A stretch of 64,000 nt of DNA from Ginglymostoma cirratum (Eukaryota): contig JAHRHZ010000001.1 in the NCBI GenBank assembly GCA_024137785.1, positions 3,947,075 through 4,011,074 of the forward strand. Reading direction: 5' to 3'. The translations under genes were made by a program, and so were the position numbers. The first letter of the stretch is position 1, and each line of letters begins with the position of its first letter. Shown here piece after piece: positions 37,901 to 51,400 of this stretch. The notes under the pieces are model-generated. The model did not search any database and was not told where the DNA came from. It saw only the letters and a list, made by a program, of their open reading frames with translations.

Positions 37901-40900
37901 TACATTGCACTGAGCAATGTAATTGCATCCTTCTTATTCTTTAGCTCAAGCTAAATCGATTCTGTTCTGGAACCCTTTGAAACATCATCTTTCTCCAGTA
38001 TTGCAATGCTCTCCGTAATCAATTATCCTTAGTGATACAAAGAACATGGGGAGTCAGTATAAAAGACTTCCTTTTGATACAGTGTCATACGTTAATCAAA
38101 AACACCATGCCTGCTCCTTTTTCCTTTCCTTTCTTTTCTGAACACCTAGTAATCAGGAATATTTAACACACAGATCTTCCTTAATGCAGACATCCATTAT
38201 CACCACAACATTACCTTTATCCTACACTGCAATCTGTGCCTTTAACTCCTCAGTCTTTTTGTCGTGCTGTGTCACATTGGTTTGTCTAGTAAAAATCTGT
38301 GAACACCCCACCCCCACCAGCTATCCTGCCTAAATGGGTGACATTAAATTTTACGCTCACAGCATTCACAGGAAGTTCAAATGTTATGACAGCCCAAATT
38401 GAGATTTAAATGTGGGTCTTGAATATTTTTGCAGCCTTCCTGAGAATTCAGAATTCAGTTTTGTCTCTTGAATGAAAGATGGACCTAGCCTTACTATTAA
38501 TGATGTCCATTACTTCAGGATGCCCCAGAATGCTTTGCAGTCAATGAAGTACTTGTGGACTGGGTGCCAGTAAGGACTGCAGATGCTGGGAGCCAGTAAA
38601 GCGCAGCCAGTCTGATAACATCCGAGGAGCAGGAAAGTCAGCATTTTGGGCTGAAATCTTTCGTCAGGACTGATGTAGGGTTTTGGCCTGAAACATTGAT
38701 TTTCTTGCTCCTCAGATGCTATCGGACCAGATTTGCTTGTCCAGCTCCACATTTATTGACTGAAGTACTTGTGGAGTTTTGCAAATCCAGTACCCAGTTT
38801 GCACACAGCAAGCTTCAACAACCAGCAGGGTAGTAAATAACCAGACAATCAGTTTTATAGAGTCACACGGCATGGAAACAGACCCTCCAGTCCAACCAGT
38901 TCGTGCTGGTCATAATCCCAAACTAAAATTGTCCCACCTGCCTGTTCTTGGCTCACATCACTTCAAACATTTCCTGTTCATGTACTTATCTAAATGTCTT
39001 TTAAATGTTGTAACTGTAGCCACAGTGTGAATGTTCATTCCACACACGAGCCACTGTCTGTTCTTAAAAAAAAGTCTCATTTTTTAAAAAATCTTTCTCC
39101 TCTCACCTTAAAAATATGCCCCTGAGTCTTGAACTACCCCACCCTTGAGAAAAGACACCTGCCATTCACCTTATCTATACCTTGTCTTATTTAGTGATGT
39201 TATTAAAGATTGGGAAGAACTTCCATGAATGTCTTCAGAGTAGAGCTTTGGAATCTTTTGTGTCCATCTGAGAGAGCAGACACAGCCTCGGTTTAGTGTC
39301 TTATTCAACAGGCAGCACCTCCTACAGTGTAGCACCTCCTCAGTGCTGTGGGTGTGTGTGAGAATGAGCAAGTGAGCAAGCCTGGATTCTGTGCTGCACT
39401 TTCAAGAACGTACCAAATGATGTCTTTGCTGATGACACCCTTTGCTTTTCTTTACAGATGGGGAGTATTTCAGTGACGAGCAGATGCGAACTCGAGATCC
39501 TTTGCTGTACCAGCAGTACATTAGACAATACATGACGGAGGAGGAGTTGTTGGCTGAGAATAGCAAAAGCCTGAGCAATGCCATGTGCTTGTCTGATCTG
39601 CTGATGAGCACTTATCAGGAGAAAATTGTCCAGGAAAGGCTACAGTGGCAAAAGGAAAGGGAGGAGGCCTGTGTGGAAGAGGAAGAGGATGACGAGGAGG
39701 AAGGTATGTTTCTGTCTCTGGGTTATTCTGCAGGATAACAACACTGAACATTAGAATGTGACCAAGATTTTCTTTCTCCTTTTCCTATTTAAGTCAGTAA
39801 CTGTTACGTTTTCATAGTATTCAGCCCAAGGGGCCACTCATCATATGTTCAGTCCAGTTGACAGGCTATTTAAATGTGAGGGTACCCCACACCACAGCAT
39901 GATCCTATTTTTATTGAGGTTTCCTTGTTGAGGAGCAACTGACCCAGTTTGAATTTTCATTCCTTCGATGTAGGATATCAGCCTCAAACTGTTGGAAGCT
40001 AAGCATAATGATGGTGTTACCTGTACTAAAATAGTATTCCAGACATCTGGACTACTGATCCAGCGACATTAGTTCAAATCAGACTACTGCAGCAGGAGGA
40101 GTTTAAATTAAATTAATTTTTTTAAATTTAACGCGTGAGATATGGTTGTCACAAGCTAGGCCAGCATTTATTGCCCATCCCTAAACATCTTACTGTGGGT
40201 CGGGAATCACATGTAGGCCAGACCAGGTAAGGATGGCAGATTTCCTTCCCTAAAGGACATTGGTGAACCAAATGGGTTTTTCTGAGAATGGACAATAGAT
40301 TTATTGCTTATCGTTACTTCCTGATTTTTATTAAATTCAAATTCTACCATCTGCCATGGCAGGATTCAAACCCAGGTATCCAGAACATCCGAGATAGCAG
40401 GAACTGCAGATGCTGGAGAATCTGAGATAACANNNNNNNNNNNNNNNNNNNNNNNNNNNNNNNNNNNNNNNNNNNNNNNNNNNNNNNNNNNNNNNNNNNN
40501 NNNNNNNNNNNNNNNNNNNNNNNNNNNNNNNNNNNNNNNNNNNNNNNNNNNNNNNNNNNNNNNNNNNNNNNNNNNNNNNNNNNNNNNNNNNNNNNNNNNN
40601 NNNNNNNNNNNNNNNNNNNNNNNNNNNNNNNNNNNNNNNNNNNNNNNNNNNNNNNNNNNNNNNNNNNNNNNNNNNNNNNNNNNNNNNNNNNNNNNNNNNN
40701 NNNNNNNNNNNNNNNNNNNNNNNNNNNNNNNNNNNNNNNNNNNNNNNNNNNNNNNNNNNNNNNNNNNNNNNNNNNNNNNNNNNNNNNNNNNNNNNNNNNN
40801 NNNNNNNNNNNNNNNNNNNNNNNNNNNNNNNNCTGTCTCACTCTCACACGCTGTCTCACTCTCACACGCTGTCTCACTCTCACACGCTGTCTCACTCTCA

Positions 40901-41727
40901 CACACACGCTCTCATACACACAATGTCTCTCATACTCACACACACAATGTCTCTCATACTCTCTCTCACACACCCTCTCTCACTCACACACACAGACACA
41001 CACGCTCTCACACAGACACACACGCTCTCACACAGACACACACGCTCTCACTCACACACACGCTCTCACTCGCTCACACACACGCTGTCACTCACTCACA
41101 CATGCTCTCTCACCCACATACGCGCTCTCATTCTCTCACACACACGCTCTCACTCACACATACACGCTCTTGCTCTCACTCACACACACACGCTCTCACT
41201 GTCTCACACGCACGCTCTCACTCTCACGCACGCACCACACATCCACACCCCACTCTCACACACACCATTCACGCACACACCTCACAGACACACCACTCAC
41301 AGACATGCGTGGGCTTACGCGCATGCCTCGCTGACGCCCGCAGGTGCGTGCCCACACACCTCACAGACGCGTGTGCACGCACACATAACCCCTACACACA
41401 CACCCCACATATGCACATGCACCCCTCACACATATTTCCCCATGCCCCACACACGCATACCCCTCTCTCTCACGCACGCGCGTGCCCACACACACACCTC
41501 AATCCAGCATTCTCTTTTTTTATGCAGTTTAGAGAAACATAGGCAAACTCTGATTAGGAAAACCAATGTTACACTTCCGGTTATTTAAGGCCCATTCTCC
41601 TTTCAGTACTGTTGATGACAACCCGGATTTTGACAACCTTGACATCATAAGTCGTGATGAAGAGGAGAGATACTTTGACGAGGAGGAGCCAGTGGAAGTT
41701 GAAGATATGGAGATGGACAAGGATTAA
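31902..41727 (+). CDS. CCDC97: Coiled-coil domain-containing protein 97: 31902-31908, 32588-33148, 39458-39703, [exon missing], 41607-41727
   Basis: Conserved motifs [45 protein letters not shown] and [28 protein letters not shown]; GT-AG boundaries. Confidence 0.92.
32588..33148 (+). CDS. CCDC97: CCDC97 exon 2
   Basis: ttcatag|(G)[10 protein letters not shown]...[14 protein letters not shown]|gtgatg; lies within ORF 32572-33159. Confidence 0.9.
35645..36360 (-). mobile_element. CR1 LINE 3' fragment
   Basis: [14 protein letters not shown] and a typical CR1 3' end. Confidence 0.75.
38560..38760. mobile_element. Older palindromic Penelope-derived short element; 15-bp TSD
   Basis: Degenerate inverted arms around gtcaggactgat; TGAAGTACTTGTGGA at 38545-38559 and 38761-38775. 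Confidence 0.85.
39200..39350 (-). mobile_element. DeuSINE-like central-domain fragment
   Basis: Minus strand CTGAGGAGGTGCTACACTGTAGGAGGTGCTGCC...AAACCGAGGCTGTGTCTGCTCTCTCAGATGGAC; related fragment at about 48090-48250 (+). Confidence 0.55.
39458..39703 (+). CDS. CCDC97: CCDC97 exon 3
   Basis: ttttctttacag|(D)[10 protein letters not shown]...[10 protein letters not shown]|gtatgt. Confidence 0.93.
40130..40390 (-). mobile_element. tRNA-derived SINE family A
   Basis: Reverse complement of the 253-590 body. Confidence 0.72.
40433..40832. other. Assembly gap (400 N)
   Basis: N run. Confidence 1.
40833..41500 (+). repeat. Compound (CA)/(CT) microsatellite, low complexity
   Basis: Direct inspection; includes CTGTCTCACTCTCACACG units. 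Confidence 0.95.
41607..41727 (+). CDS. CCDC97: CCDC97 last exon
   Basis: ctcctttcag|T ACT GTT... [39 protein letters not shown]. Confidence 0.93.
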
Positions 41728-43624
41728 ACATTCTTCAGTTTATATGTTTTTTTTCACAGTTTTAGATTTAACAACATTTCCAAATCTCTCTTTTTCAAGG
41801 ACACTGTTAGTGACCAACTGAGTAGTTTTGTGCACATTATAAAACAATTTCTTCTTCCTATTTTTTAATAACAGTGTAATTAGCCAGTTTCTGTTGTTCT
41901 ATTGATTTCTGTTGCGCTAAAATCATTTTTTAAAGTTTGACGTACTAAGGAAGATGAAACTGAAACTGCTGACAGACAACAAACAGATTCCCATGGTGGC
42001 TCAGTGGGGAAATGCACCACCTAGAAATCAACTGAACCTTGCTTCCAGGTTTAGTTTCTGGTCTCTGAGGAGATAGCTGGGAAGGAAGGATTGGACCCTG
42101 CACCTTTTGTTCAGGTGCTAAAATCAATCAGCTTTTACTTTTCCAAATTGAACTCTGGTGCCCTCTGTTTGTTAAAAGTGAATGCTTGATGAGGCTCTCC
42201 GCAACTGAATTGAAAGAATATGTAATCAAAATTTGCTTGTTTTACACTGAAATAATGACAACTCTCTAACACCTCAGAACTCAGTGACACCTATAAGCCA
42301 GTTCCCTCAAGCATTTGTTTCTGCAAATGTAGGAAGAAGTAGTCTGGAGAAAGTTAATAAAGAAATACATGTACTGTTCCCAACTCGTGTTGGGATATGG
42401 CCTCCTGGGTACCCAGAAATCCAGAGGCCATTCTTTCCAGTTGGTAGAATATCCACAAACACCTTGACCCTGGGCAACGTGACCTCAAGTTCACAAATGC
42501 AGTTTCCAGCAGGGATCTTTTGGTGGTTAGCAGTGTCAAAAACCTATTTTCCTTTTTGTACCTTAATCCACTGGTGCCCTGGTCTAGCTGAGGTCTGCTA
42601 ACTCGGTTTAGTGAGAGGATTAAACCCAGGGGCTTTTGGTCCATATGGATGAGTTCCTTATTGAGTGTGTTCTTACTAATAAACTGTGTAAAAAGTACAG
42701 AAGGATAGGCAGCCTGTGATGTGACATTGTGATGCCATGACACTCTCTACTATGCATTGTGGAATTCCATCAGGCATTGCATGTTCTCTTTCTTATACAT
42801 GGTTAGGATGGTGTGATAAAGAGCTGTTTTTTACCCCCCACAAGAGGCAGAACTGCTCCTTGTGAACTGTTACAATCAGTATTGCCAGAGGGCTTTGGGT
42901 AGCTCACCCTCACCTGGTTGGCAGTGGGACCCCTGAAATAGGGAAAATAAGAGTGTGGGAACTAATGACAGAGATGCCTTTTACAAGAAAAATATAGCTC
43001 TGATTTGCTGGTAATTAGTTGGAGTATCTTCTGAAGCAATATCTTATTTCTTTAAGACTCTCACTGTCCTGGTTTTTGATTTCATCTCCATGTTCCCACC
43101 CTGGTTTTGATATTTAACCATGTGCTGCGTAGAATTAGTGTTTCAATCAGCTTTTTAAGCAACTTTAAGTCAGTTGAAGAACTTAAATGTCTTTCATTAA
43201 ATGCTTTACATTTTATTGTTCATGTTGTTGCAGTTTCTCCCCATCGTAACTACTGTCCAGTGTTGGAAAGTCTCTGGGAGCTTAAGTGTCATTTTCATTG
43301 TTTTGCCTTCTTTTAACAACTGGAGATTATTTGCTCAATAACCCACAGAGGAGTGGCCAGTTTTGAATAGTAGGGTTTGATTGTGTGGTGGTTGTGTTAT
43401 TGGACTAGTAATCCAGAGAGTGGATGTTGAAATTCCACCATGGGAGTTTGAGAATTTGAATTAAAATTTTCACAATCTGAATTAAACTGGCACATATTTG
43501 TCAGTTTTCACTGAAAATCCAACTAGTTCACTAATATCCTTTTAGGGAGAGAACTAGGTCTGAATCTTTACATGACTCCAGTCCCACTATTAGTGACTCT
43601 TAACTGCCTTCTGTGGGGCAAAGA

Positions 43625-45600
43625 GGACATACAAAGATGAGGAGGCCATTTAGCCCCTGAATCCTGTTCTGCCCTTCAATGAAATTGTGGGTGGTCTACA
43701 TCCTAATTCTACACACCTGCCTTTGCTCCTTATCACTTAATACCTTTGATTATCAAGAAACTAGAAATATCAATTTTGAAATTAACAAGTGATGTAGCAT
43801 TAATTGTTCATGGAGGAGAGTTCTGAACCCCTACCAGTTTTTGTGTGTTGAAGTGGTTCCTGATTTCACTTCTGAAAGAATTGGCTCTAATTTTTATACT
43901 GTGCTCCTAGACCTCTGAACCAGTGGAAATAGTTTCCCTCTATTTACCTTATACTTGATCATTTGAAAGCTTAGCCCATCTTCCGTATGAAACATATAAT
44001 CATACAAATTCAGCCCCTCAAACCTGCTCCCCATTCAGTAAGATCATGCTCATCTGATTGTAGCCTCAAACCCACATTACCGTCTACCCCGATAACTTTT
44101 TATTGCATTGCTTAAAAAGAATCTACCTATCCTTGACTTTAAAAATATTCAAGAATTCTGCTTTGAATGTGCTTTGAGGAAGAGAGATCCAGAGATTCGT
44201 GACTCTCTGAGAGAAAAAGAATTGCCTCATCCTTGATGGAAAAAGACCATCTTGATTTTTAAACAGTGACCCCTAGTTCCAGATTCTCCCACTACAGGAA
44301 ACTTCCTTTCCTTACCTACCCTGTGAGGAACCCTCAGAATCTTACATGTTTCAATAAAATCACCTCTTACTCTTCTAAAAGTCAGCAAAAAAAAGCCTAC
44401 TCTGTCCATCCTTTCCTCATAAGACAAACCACCACACCTCCCCCCGAATAAAGGTATTAGTCTAGTTAACCTTCTGTGAACTTCCTCTAATGAATTTATA
44501 TATTTCCTTAGATAAGGTGCCAATACTGTACACTATACTCGTTACTGCCCTCTAAAACTGAAGTATTCGATTTTCCTTGTGATATCTGATAACAGCCATG
44601 ATTAAATGGCGGAGTGGACTCGATGGGCCCAATGGCCTTACTTCCACTCCTATGTCTTATGGTCTTATTCTATTAGTTTTCCTAATTACTTGCTGTACGT
44701 GTATACTAAGCTTTTTACGATTTGTGCCTAGGACACCCAGATCCCTCTGCATCTCAGAACTCTGCAATTACTCATCATTGGTGAGAGGAGAGAGATTTAA
44801 AAAAGATGTAGGAGGCAATTTTTTTTTTACACAGAGGGTGGTTCGTGTCTGGAATGAACTTCCTGATGAAGTGGTGAATGTGTGTACAGTTACAACATTT
44901 AAAAGACAGTTTGATGGATATATGAATAGGAAACGTTTGGAGGGATATGGGCCACGAGTAGGCGGGTGGGACTAGTTTAGTTTGGGATTATGCTCGGCAT
45001 GGACTGGGTGGACCGAAGGGTCTGTTTCTGTGCTATATGACTATTTAGAGAATATGCTTTTTAAAAAGAGATTCTTTATGCCAAAATTGGTAATTTCACA
45101 TTTTCCCCCATTATACTCAATTTGCCACTTCTTTGCCAATTCACTTAGCCTATCTATATCTTTTTGTAGCCTTCTTTATGTTCTCTTTACAACTTGCATT
45201 CCTACATATCTTTGTATTGTCTGCAAATTTGGCAACCACACCTTCTGTCGTTTCATCTAAACCACTTTTATAAATTAGAACATAGAACTGTACAACCTGG
45301 GAACGGGGTCTTCAGCTCACGATGTTGTGCCAAACACTACACCAAATTTAGCTAATCCTTCTTGCCTACCTTTGCTCCGTATCCCTCCATTCCTTGCATG
45401 TTCATGTGCTTATCTGAAAGTCCCTTTAAATGCCCCTATCGTATCTGCCTCTGCCACCACCCCAGTAGGGCGTTCCAGACTCTTACTGCTCTCTGTGTAA
45501 AATACATGCCCCTGGCATCTCCTTTGAACTTTCTCCCTCTCACCATAAATGCATTTCCCCAAGTTTTAGACTTTTCAACTCTGGGTAAAAGATTCAATCT
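43625..45600. mobile_element. Cluster of nested CR1 LINE fragments (mostly minus; young plus copy at 44777-45042)
   Basis: PYLRKYINSLEEVHRRLTRLIP, FFTQRVVRVWNELP, YFTQRAVRVWNAL. Confidence 0.8.
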
Positions 45601-46594
45601 AGTTGCGGGAAAGTAGATGTTAGAGACAAACCACATCTTCCTTGCATGTGATGGAGGCTCCTCCCGCACCAGTCAAATATTTGTTGACACTCGCTGTCTA
45701 GCGTTAGAGGTGAAGCACGCCCACTCCAACCAGTTTCTTGAGAACTACAGTGCAGGAATGTCTGTCATCTTCTGAAGTGGAGGGGAGTTAAGATTTTGTT
45801 GAAATTGCTTCTGATAGGAATTGTTTGCATACAGTCTTCCAAAGGGGAGGCAAGGCTAGATGAGATTCGAACTGCTTTAAAACTTTGTACAGAGTTAAAA
45901 TCGGACCCAGTGCTCAGTGTCTGGATCCACAGAAGTTGCACAAAATTAATGTTGTTTTTTCGTGCTGAAAACGTTTAGGTTGTTGTTTTACACATGTATC
46001 AATTTCCAGAGATTAAAATAAAATGTTTCTGAAATAGCAATTTCTCAGTTTTCCTGCTTGAACTTTATTTTGGAATAAGAGACTTTAGCTTATGTACTGG
46101 ACATGCAGGGATCATTAAAACTCTGCTTTCTCTCCACAAATGCTGCCAAACATGCTGAATTTCTCCAACAATCTTTGTATTTGTTTCAGATTTCCAGCAT
46201 CCGCAGATCTTATGTTTAGAATAAAACAAATGTTGAATTTTGTATCCATGAATTAACCTTGTATAGAAAATAGTGTTGCTGTCTCTATGGGTTTGACTAA
46301 CTCCACAAACTAATCATTCAGACACATTGTATAACATTGTCTGAACCACCCCAGTGTGTTACAGCGTCATGCTTCACTCTCGGCCTTCAGAAATACATCG
46401 TGTACTACCATAAATAAACAAAAGAGACAGACAGAATTGAAAATTAACATCTCGTCCTAAGAACATCATTCTGTACAACTTCAAAATCCTATTGACTTAA
46501 ATGGGATTTCTGAAGCGGGATGTGAAATCAAAACATTGTGAATTGGGGAAGGGCGTGTTTCCACCTGAAATATGATTGACACTGCTTTCATTGG

Positions 46595-46865
46595 ATCCCT
46601 ACATGGTAGAAAGAGGCCACTTGACCCATTGAGTCTGCACTGACCCCCAAAGAGCATCCCACTCCAGACCCTATCCCCACTACCCTGCATGCAGTTTTTA
46701 ACCATGGCTAATCCACTTAACCTGCACATCTTTGAACTGTGGGAGGAATCCAGAGCACCCAGAGGAAACCCATGCAGACATGTGCAAACTCAAGACAGTT
46801 ACTGAGTTTGGAATCAAACCTGGTCCTGGCATTGTGAGGCAGCCGTGATAGCCACTGTGGCACCC
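46595..46865 (-). mobile_element. V-SINE (HE1-like)
   Basis: Homologous to 53288-53605. Confidence 0.78.
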
Positions 46866-47199
46866 ACACAAATTGTTGTGGAAATCTGAGTCTGTCTGCC
46901 AAAAGCTGCTGAGCCTGGGGAAAATTGAAACTTTGAAAAAATGAGATTGATCAGTTTTATTTTGGGCAAAGATATTAAGGGAAATGGATCCAAAGTGGGT
47001 TAAGATACAGATCGATCGTGATCAAACTGAATGACGGAATAGGTCTGAATGGCTTAATGATATCCCCTTGCTCCATTTATTGTCATAGGTTACAATATTG
47101 ATAGAATTTACGTCAAAGTTTGCTTTAATCATTGGTCTGGATTCCAGGTTCAATTAAATAGTTACGAGGTTACAATTGTAACTGGTATTTGCCTGGTTC

Positions 47200-47645
47200 C
47201 TAAGGTTGAGTCGGGTTGGAAGGTCAACTGGCCAGAATACTAAGATGACTAACTTAGTTTCCATAATTTCTGATCTGTTACCACAGGTCAGAACTGGTTT
47301 CCAGGGTCACTAGTCTGACTGGAGATGGCTTAGTTGCTAGGGTCAGGTAGTCTTGTTGCTAGTACCAGGTCAAATTGCTAGTGGCTGATTGGTCGTGCTG
47401 GTTAACTGGCCTGGTTGCTAGGGTCTGGTTACTGGGTCCTGGCCTGGTTGCTAAAGAACTGTTTAGTGTGGCCTGGACTGGTTAGAGGGACTTGGCCTAT
47501 TTGCTAAGGGACTGAATGTGGGCCCTGACCTGGGTGCAGAGGGACTGGTCATCGGAGCGTGGTCTGATTGGTAAGGGACTGGGGACTGGCCTGGTTACTA
47601 AGGGACTAGGGCCTGCCCTGGTTGCTAGGGGACTGGTTGCTAGGA
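47200..47645 (+). repeat. Degenerate minisatellite, unit approximately GGGACTGGCCTGGTTGCTA
   Basis: Recurrent GTTGCTA/GTTACTA at 47333, 47355, 47414, 47447, 47594, 47621 and 47636. Confidence 0.7.
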
Positions 47646-47990
47646 TTTCCTGTTGGGCGCCCGGAGATGACGTCTAGCGCTCCGCGGAGCCGCTGCCAAG
47701 ATGGTGTCGGTGACTCTCGGTGAGTTGGTGAAAAGCGGCCGGATCCGGGGAGGACGGAGTGGCCGCAGGCCGGGAGCTCGGGGGCCCCCGAGGCTGAGTG
47801 GAGGAGGCTGCGGAGGGGAAATCGGGCTGAAGTCCGAAGCCGCAATGTTCAGGCCTGGCACTGAAAACTGGGCCCGGGACCCAGAGCTTCAGGGCCCGGA
47901 GCCGGCTCGCTGAGGCAGGCTTCTTCTTAACAGTGAGATCCCGGCCATATATCAGCTCACCCCCGGCTGGGAGCCCGAGAGACCCCGGCA
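47560..47990 (+). promoter_or_regulatory. C19orf47 CpG-island promoter / first exon
   Basis: High CpG; CRE-like TGACGTCT at 47668; reverse CCAAT (CTGATTGG) near 47564; YY1-like CAAGATGG at the start codon. Confidence 0.7.
47701..47719 (+). CDS. C19orf47: C19orf47 orthologue, coding exon 1 (MVSVTL, phase 1)
   Basis: gccaagATGG Kozak context in a CpG island; G|gtgagt donor; joins exon 2 to give MVSVTLATSEWIQFF. Confidence 0.88.
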
Positions 47991-48424
47991 CATAGCTAGA
48001 GAGAGGGAGGGAGAGAGTTCCAGCAAATCTTATTCTTCCGTGAGTTTAATTCCCAAAGCAGCTGTTCCTCTGAATGACAAACTATTTCTGGCCTCTGAGT
48101 CAGAGGGGAGTTTGCCAACTCCTCACCATTTTGGGCACAAAAGGTCCAGGCTGACCTTCCCTGTACAGTTCTGAGGGAGTGCTACACTGTCATAGCTGTA
48201 GTCGTTTGGATGAGACCTTAAGGTGAGACCTGACCATACTCTCAGACCTTTACAGGATGCCTTTATCTCATTGGTCAACAAAGATCTGATGACACTCATC
48301 CCATTTTCCAGCTCTTAGCCTTGTGCAACCCGTTTGAATGTCTAAATACTGCTTCAATGTTGCAAGAGATTTTTTAAAAAATTCACTCGTGGGATGTGGA
48401 CAAAATTGGCAGGGCCAGCATTTG

Positions 48425-51400
48425 ATTGAATGATTTATTTCTTATTGCCACATGTACCGAGGTACAGTGTAAAGTGTTGGTTTGCATGCTATACACACAG
48501 ATTGTACCATACTAACTGCATCAGGGTAGCCGAACAGAGCGCAGAGCGAAGTGTTACAACCACAGAGAAAGTGCAGAGAGAGAGACCAGAATTAACATTT
48601 GAGAGGTCCATTGAAAAGTCTGATAACAGTGGAAAGAAGCTGTTCTTGAATCTATTCATACAAGTGTTCAAACGTTTTTGTCTTCTGCCTGATGGAATAT
48701 AGTATAACTGGGGTGGGAGGAGTCTTTGATTATGTAGATTGCTTTCCTGAGGCAACAGGAAGTACAGATGGAGTCAATGGATGGAAGGCTGGTTTGCGTG
48801 ATGGACTGGGCTGTGTTCACGACACTGTAGTTTCTTGCAGTCTTGGGAAGACTAGTTGCCATGCCCTGTGTGGTGCATCCAGATAGATGCACCGTAGAAA
48901 GCATCCTATAAAAAATTGGTATGAATCCTTGTGGACATGCCGAATTTCCTTAGCCAACTGAGGATGTAGAGACGTTGTGCTTTCATGACCGCCTTTCTGA
49001 TGTGAGTGGACCAGGACAAATCATCATACCCAGGAACTTGACACTCTCGACTATCTCCAGCTCAGCACCATTGATGCAGACAAGAGCATGTCTTCCACTT
49101 TGCTTCTTGAAGTCAATGACTAGTTCCTTTAATTTGCTGATGCTGGAGGAGAGACAGTTGACTTTACACGATGTTGCTAACCATTCAATCTCTTTCCTGT
49201 ATTCTGAGATCCAACCTACAACAACAGTGTCAACAAACTTGTAAATGGAACAGAAACAGAAATTGCTGGAATAGCTCAGTAGCCCTGGCTTCGATATCTG
49301 CTTACGTTTCTGATTTCCGGCATCCACAGTTCTTTTTTGTTTTTAACTTGTAAATGTTGTTGGAGTGGAATTTGGCCACACAGTCATGAGTGTATAAGGA
49401 GTATAGTAGGGGGCTGAGTATGCAGCCTTGCAGGGCACCAGTATTAAGGATTATGGTGGAGAAAATGTTGTCGTCTTTTCTTACTGATTGAGGTCTCTGG
49501 GTCAGCAAATCGAGGACCCAGTTGCAGAGCTAGGAGTTGATACCCAGGTCTTGGAGTTTAGAGATGAGTTTGTTTGGAATTATGGTATTGAAGGCAGACT
49601 GTAGTCAATAAGTAGGAACCTGATCTACAGTGTACATCTCACCCCAATGCAGAAGTGAAGTGTGCACTTGTTATCCAAATGTTCCAGGGATGAGTGTTGC
49701 GCCAGGAAGATTGTGTCTGCTGTCGAACTATTATGAATTGCAAAGGGTTAAGGCAATTTGGTAGGCTGGAATTGATGTGAGCCATGACTAACCTCTCGAA
49801 GCACTTCATAATTATGAGGCGGTCAGAGCCACCGGGCAGTAGCCATTGAGGCACACTCCATAATTTTTCTTTGGCATCGGAATGATGATGGTCCCCTTGA
49901 AGCAGGAGTGGACTTCAGATTGTAATAAGGAGAGGTTAAAGATGTCAGCGAATATGCATGCCAGTTGGTCCACACAAAATCTGAGTGCACGGCTGGGGAC
50001 TCCACGTGGGCCGGTTACTTTCCAAGGATTCACTCACAAGAAGGCTGATCTAATGCCTGTGGCAGTGACCTTGGGTACAGGTGTATCTGAGGCTGTTAGG
50101 ATAGGGTGACATTGTTCAGTGATCTTCTGTTCACCGTGAGCATAGAATACATTGAGCTCATCGGATAGGAATGTACTGTTGCCCACGATTCTATTTAACT
50201 CCGCTTCGTGGCCTGTTATGTCGTGTGAACCTTGCCACAAATGACAGGTGAACCTGTAGATGGTCTGGGTCTCAAGCTTAGTTTGGTATTGCCTCTTGGC
50301 GTGTCTGATGGCCTTACCAAGGTCATACCTGGATTTCCTGTATACGTCAGGGTTGCCCGACTTGTACACCTTCACTCTGGACTGCAGTAAAGAGTGGATC
50401 TCCCAGTTCATCCGTGGTTTCTACTTGGGGAACATTTGGATTAACTTATTAAAGAAATCTTCTACACACTAACTAGTGAAGTCTGTGACGGTAGTGGTGT
50501 GCTTGTTTAAATTGACAGCTGAGGTCTTGATTATGGACCAGTCCACCAACTGTAAGCAATCACATAGAAGCCCTTCCATTGCTCAGAACATCACAGCACT
50601 ACTTTCCGTACCGGTTCCTCATGCTTCAATTTCTGCTTGTAAGCAGGGACGAGAAGCACAGCATTGTGATCTGATTTTCCAAGGGATGGTGCAGTAGACA
50701 TCTTTGGTTGTATACCAATGTTCAAGGAAGGATGTTTGGACCTCTGGTGGGGCTGGAAACGTGTTGATGGTATTTTGGTAACACATTCTTGAGGTTGGCC
50801 TGGTTGAAGTCACAGGCTACGATGTGCAAGGCCTCGGGGTATTCTGTCTCAAGACTGTTTGTAGTGTTGAATACTTCGTCAAGTGCACTCTTCACTTCCG
50901 CATTGGGGTGAGACGTAGACTGTAGTTAGGAAAGTGGAAGTGAATTCACATGACAAGTGGTAGAGACAGCACTTTAGTGAAAGGTATTCTTGGTCCAGGG
51001 AGCAGTAACTTGTTAGGGTTGCCATAGCTGAGCACCAGGAGGTGTTGATTAGGAAGCAGACCCCACTGCCCCTTGCCTTACCCGAGGACGCCAAGTGGTC
51101 CATTTGGTGAATTGAGAAACCTTCAGGTTGTAGGGCACAGTCTGATGTAGAAGGAGCGAGCAGTGTCTCTATAGACAGAGTGCACAGCAGTCTCTTAACT
51201 CCCTTTGGAAGGTGAGTCTAGCTTTAAGTTCATCATTTTGTTCTCAACGACTTGAACATTTACGAGGAGTATGCTGGGGTCGGGGGACTTGAAACCTAAA
51301 TAATTTCAGTTTCACCTGAAGTCCAGCCAACGTCACCAATGTTTCCTCAGTAGGTGGCTGCTCCAAGAGGTAAGTGTGTGCTCCCAACAGGGTCCTGGGC

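Noticed and set aside
40923-41588. 221-aa and 146-aa His/Thr-rich ORFs
   Set aside because: Translations of a CA/CT microsatellite.
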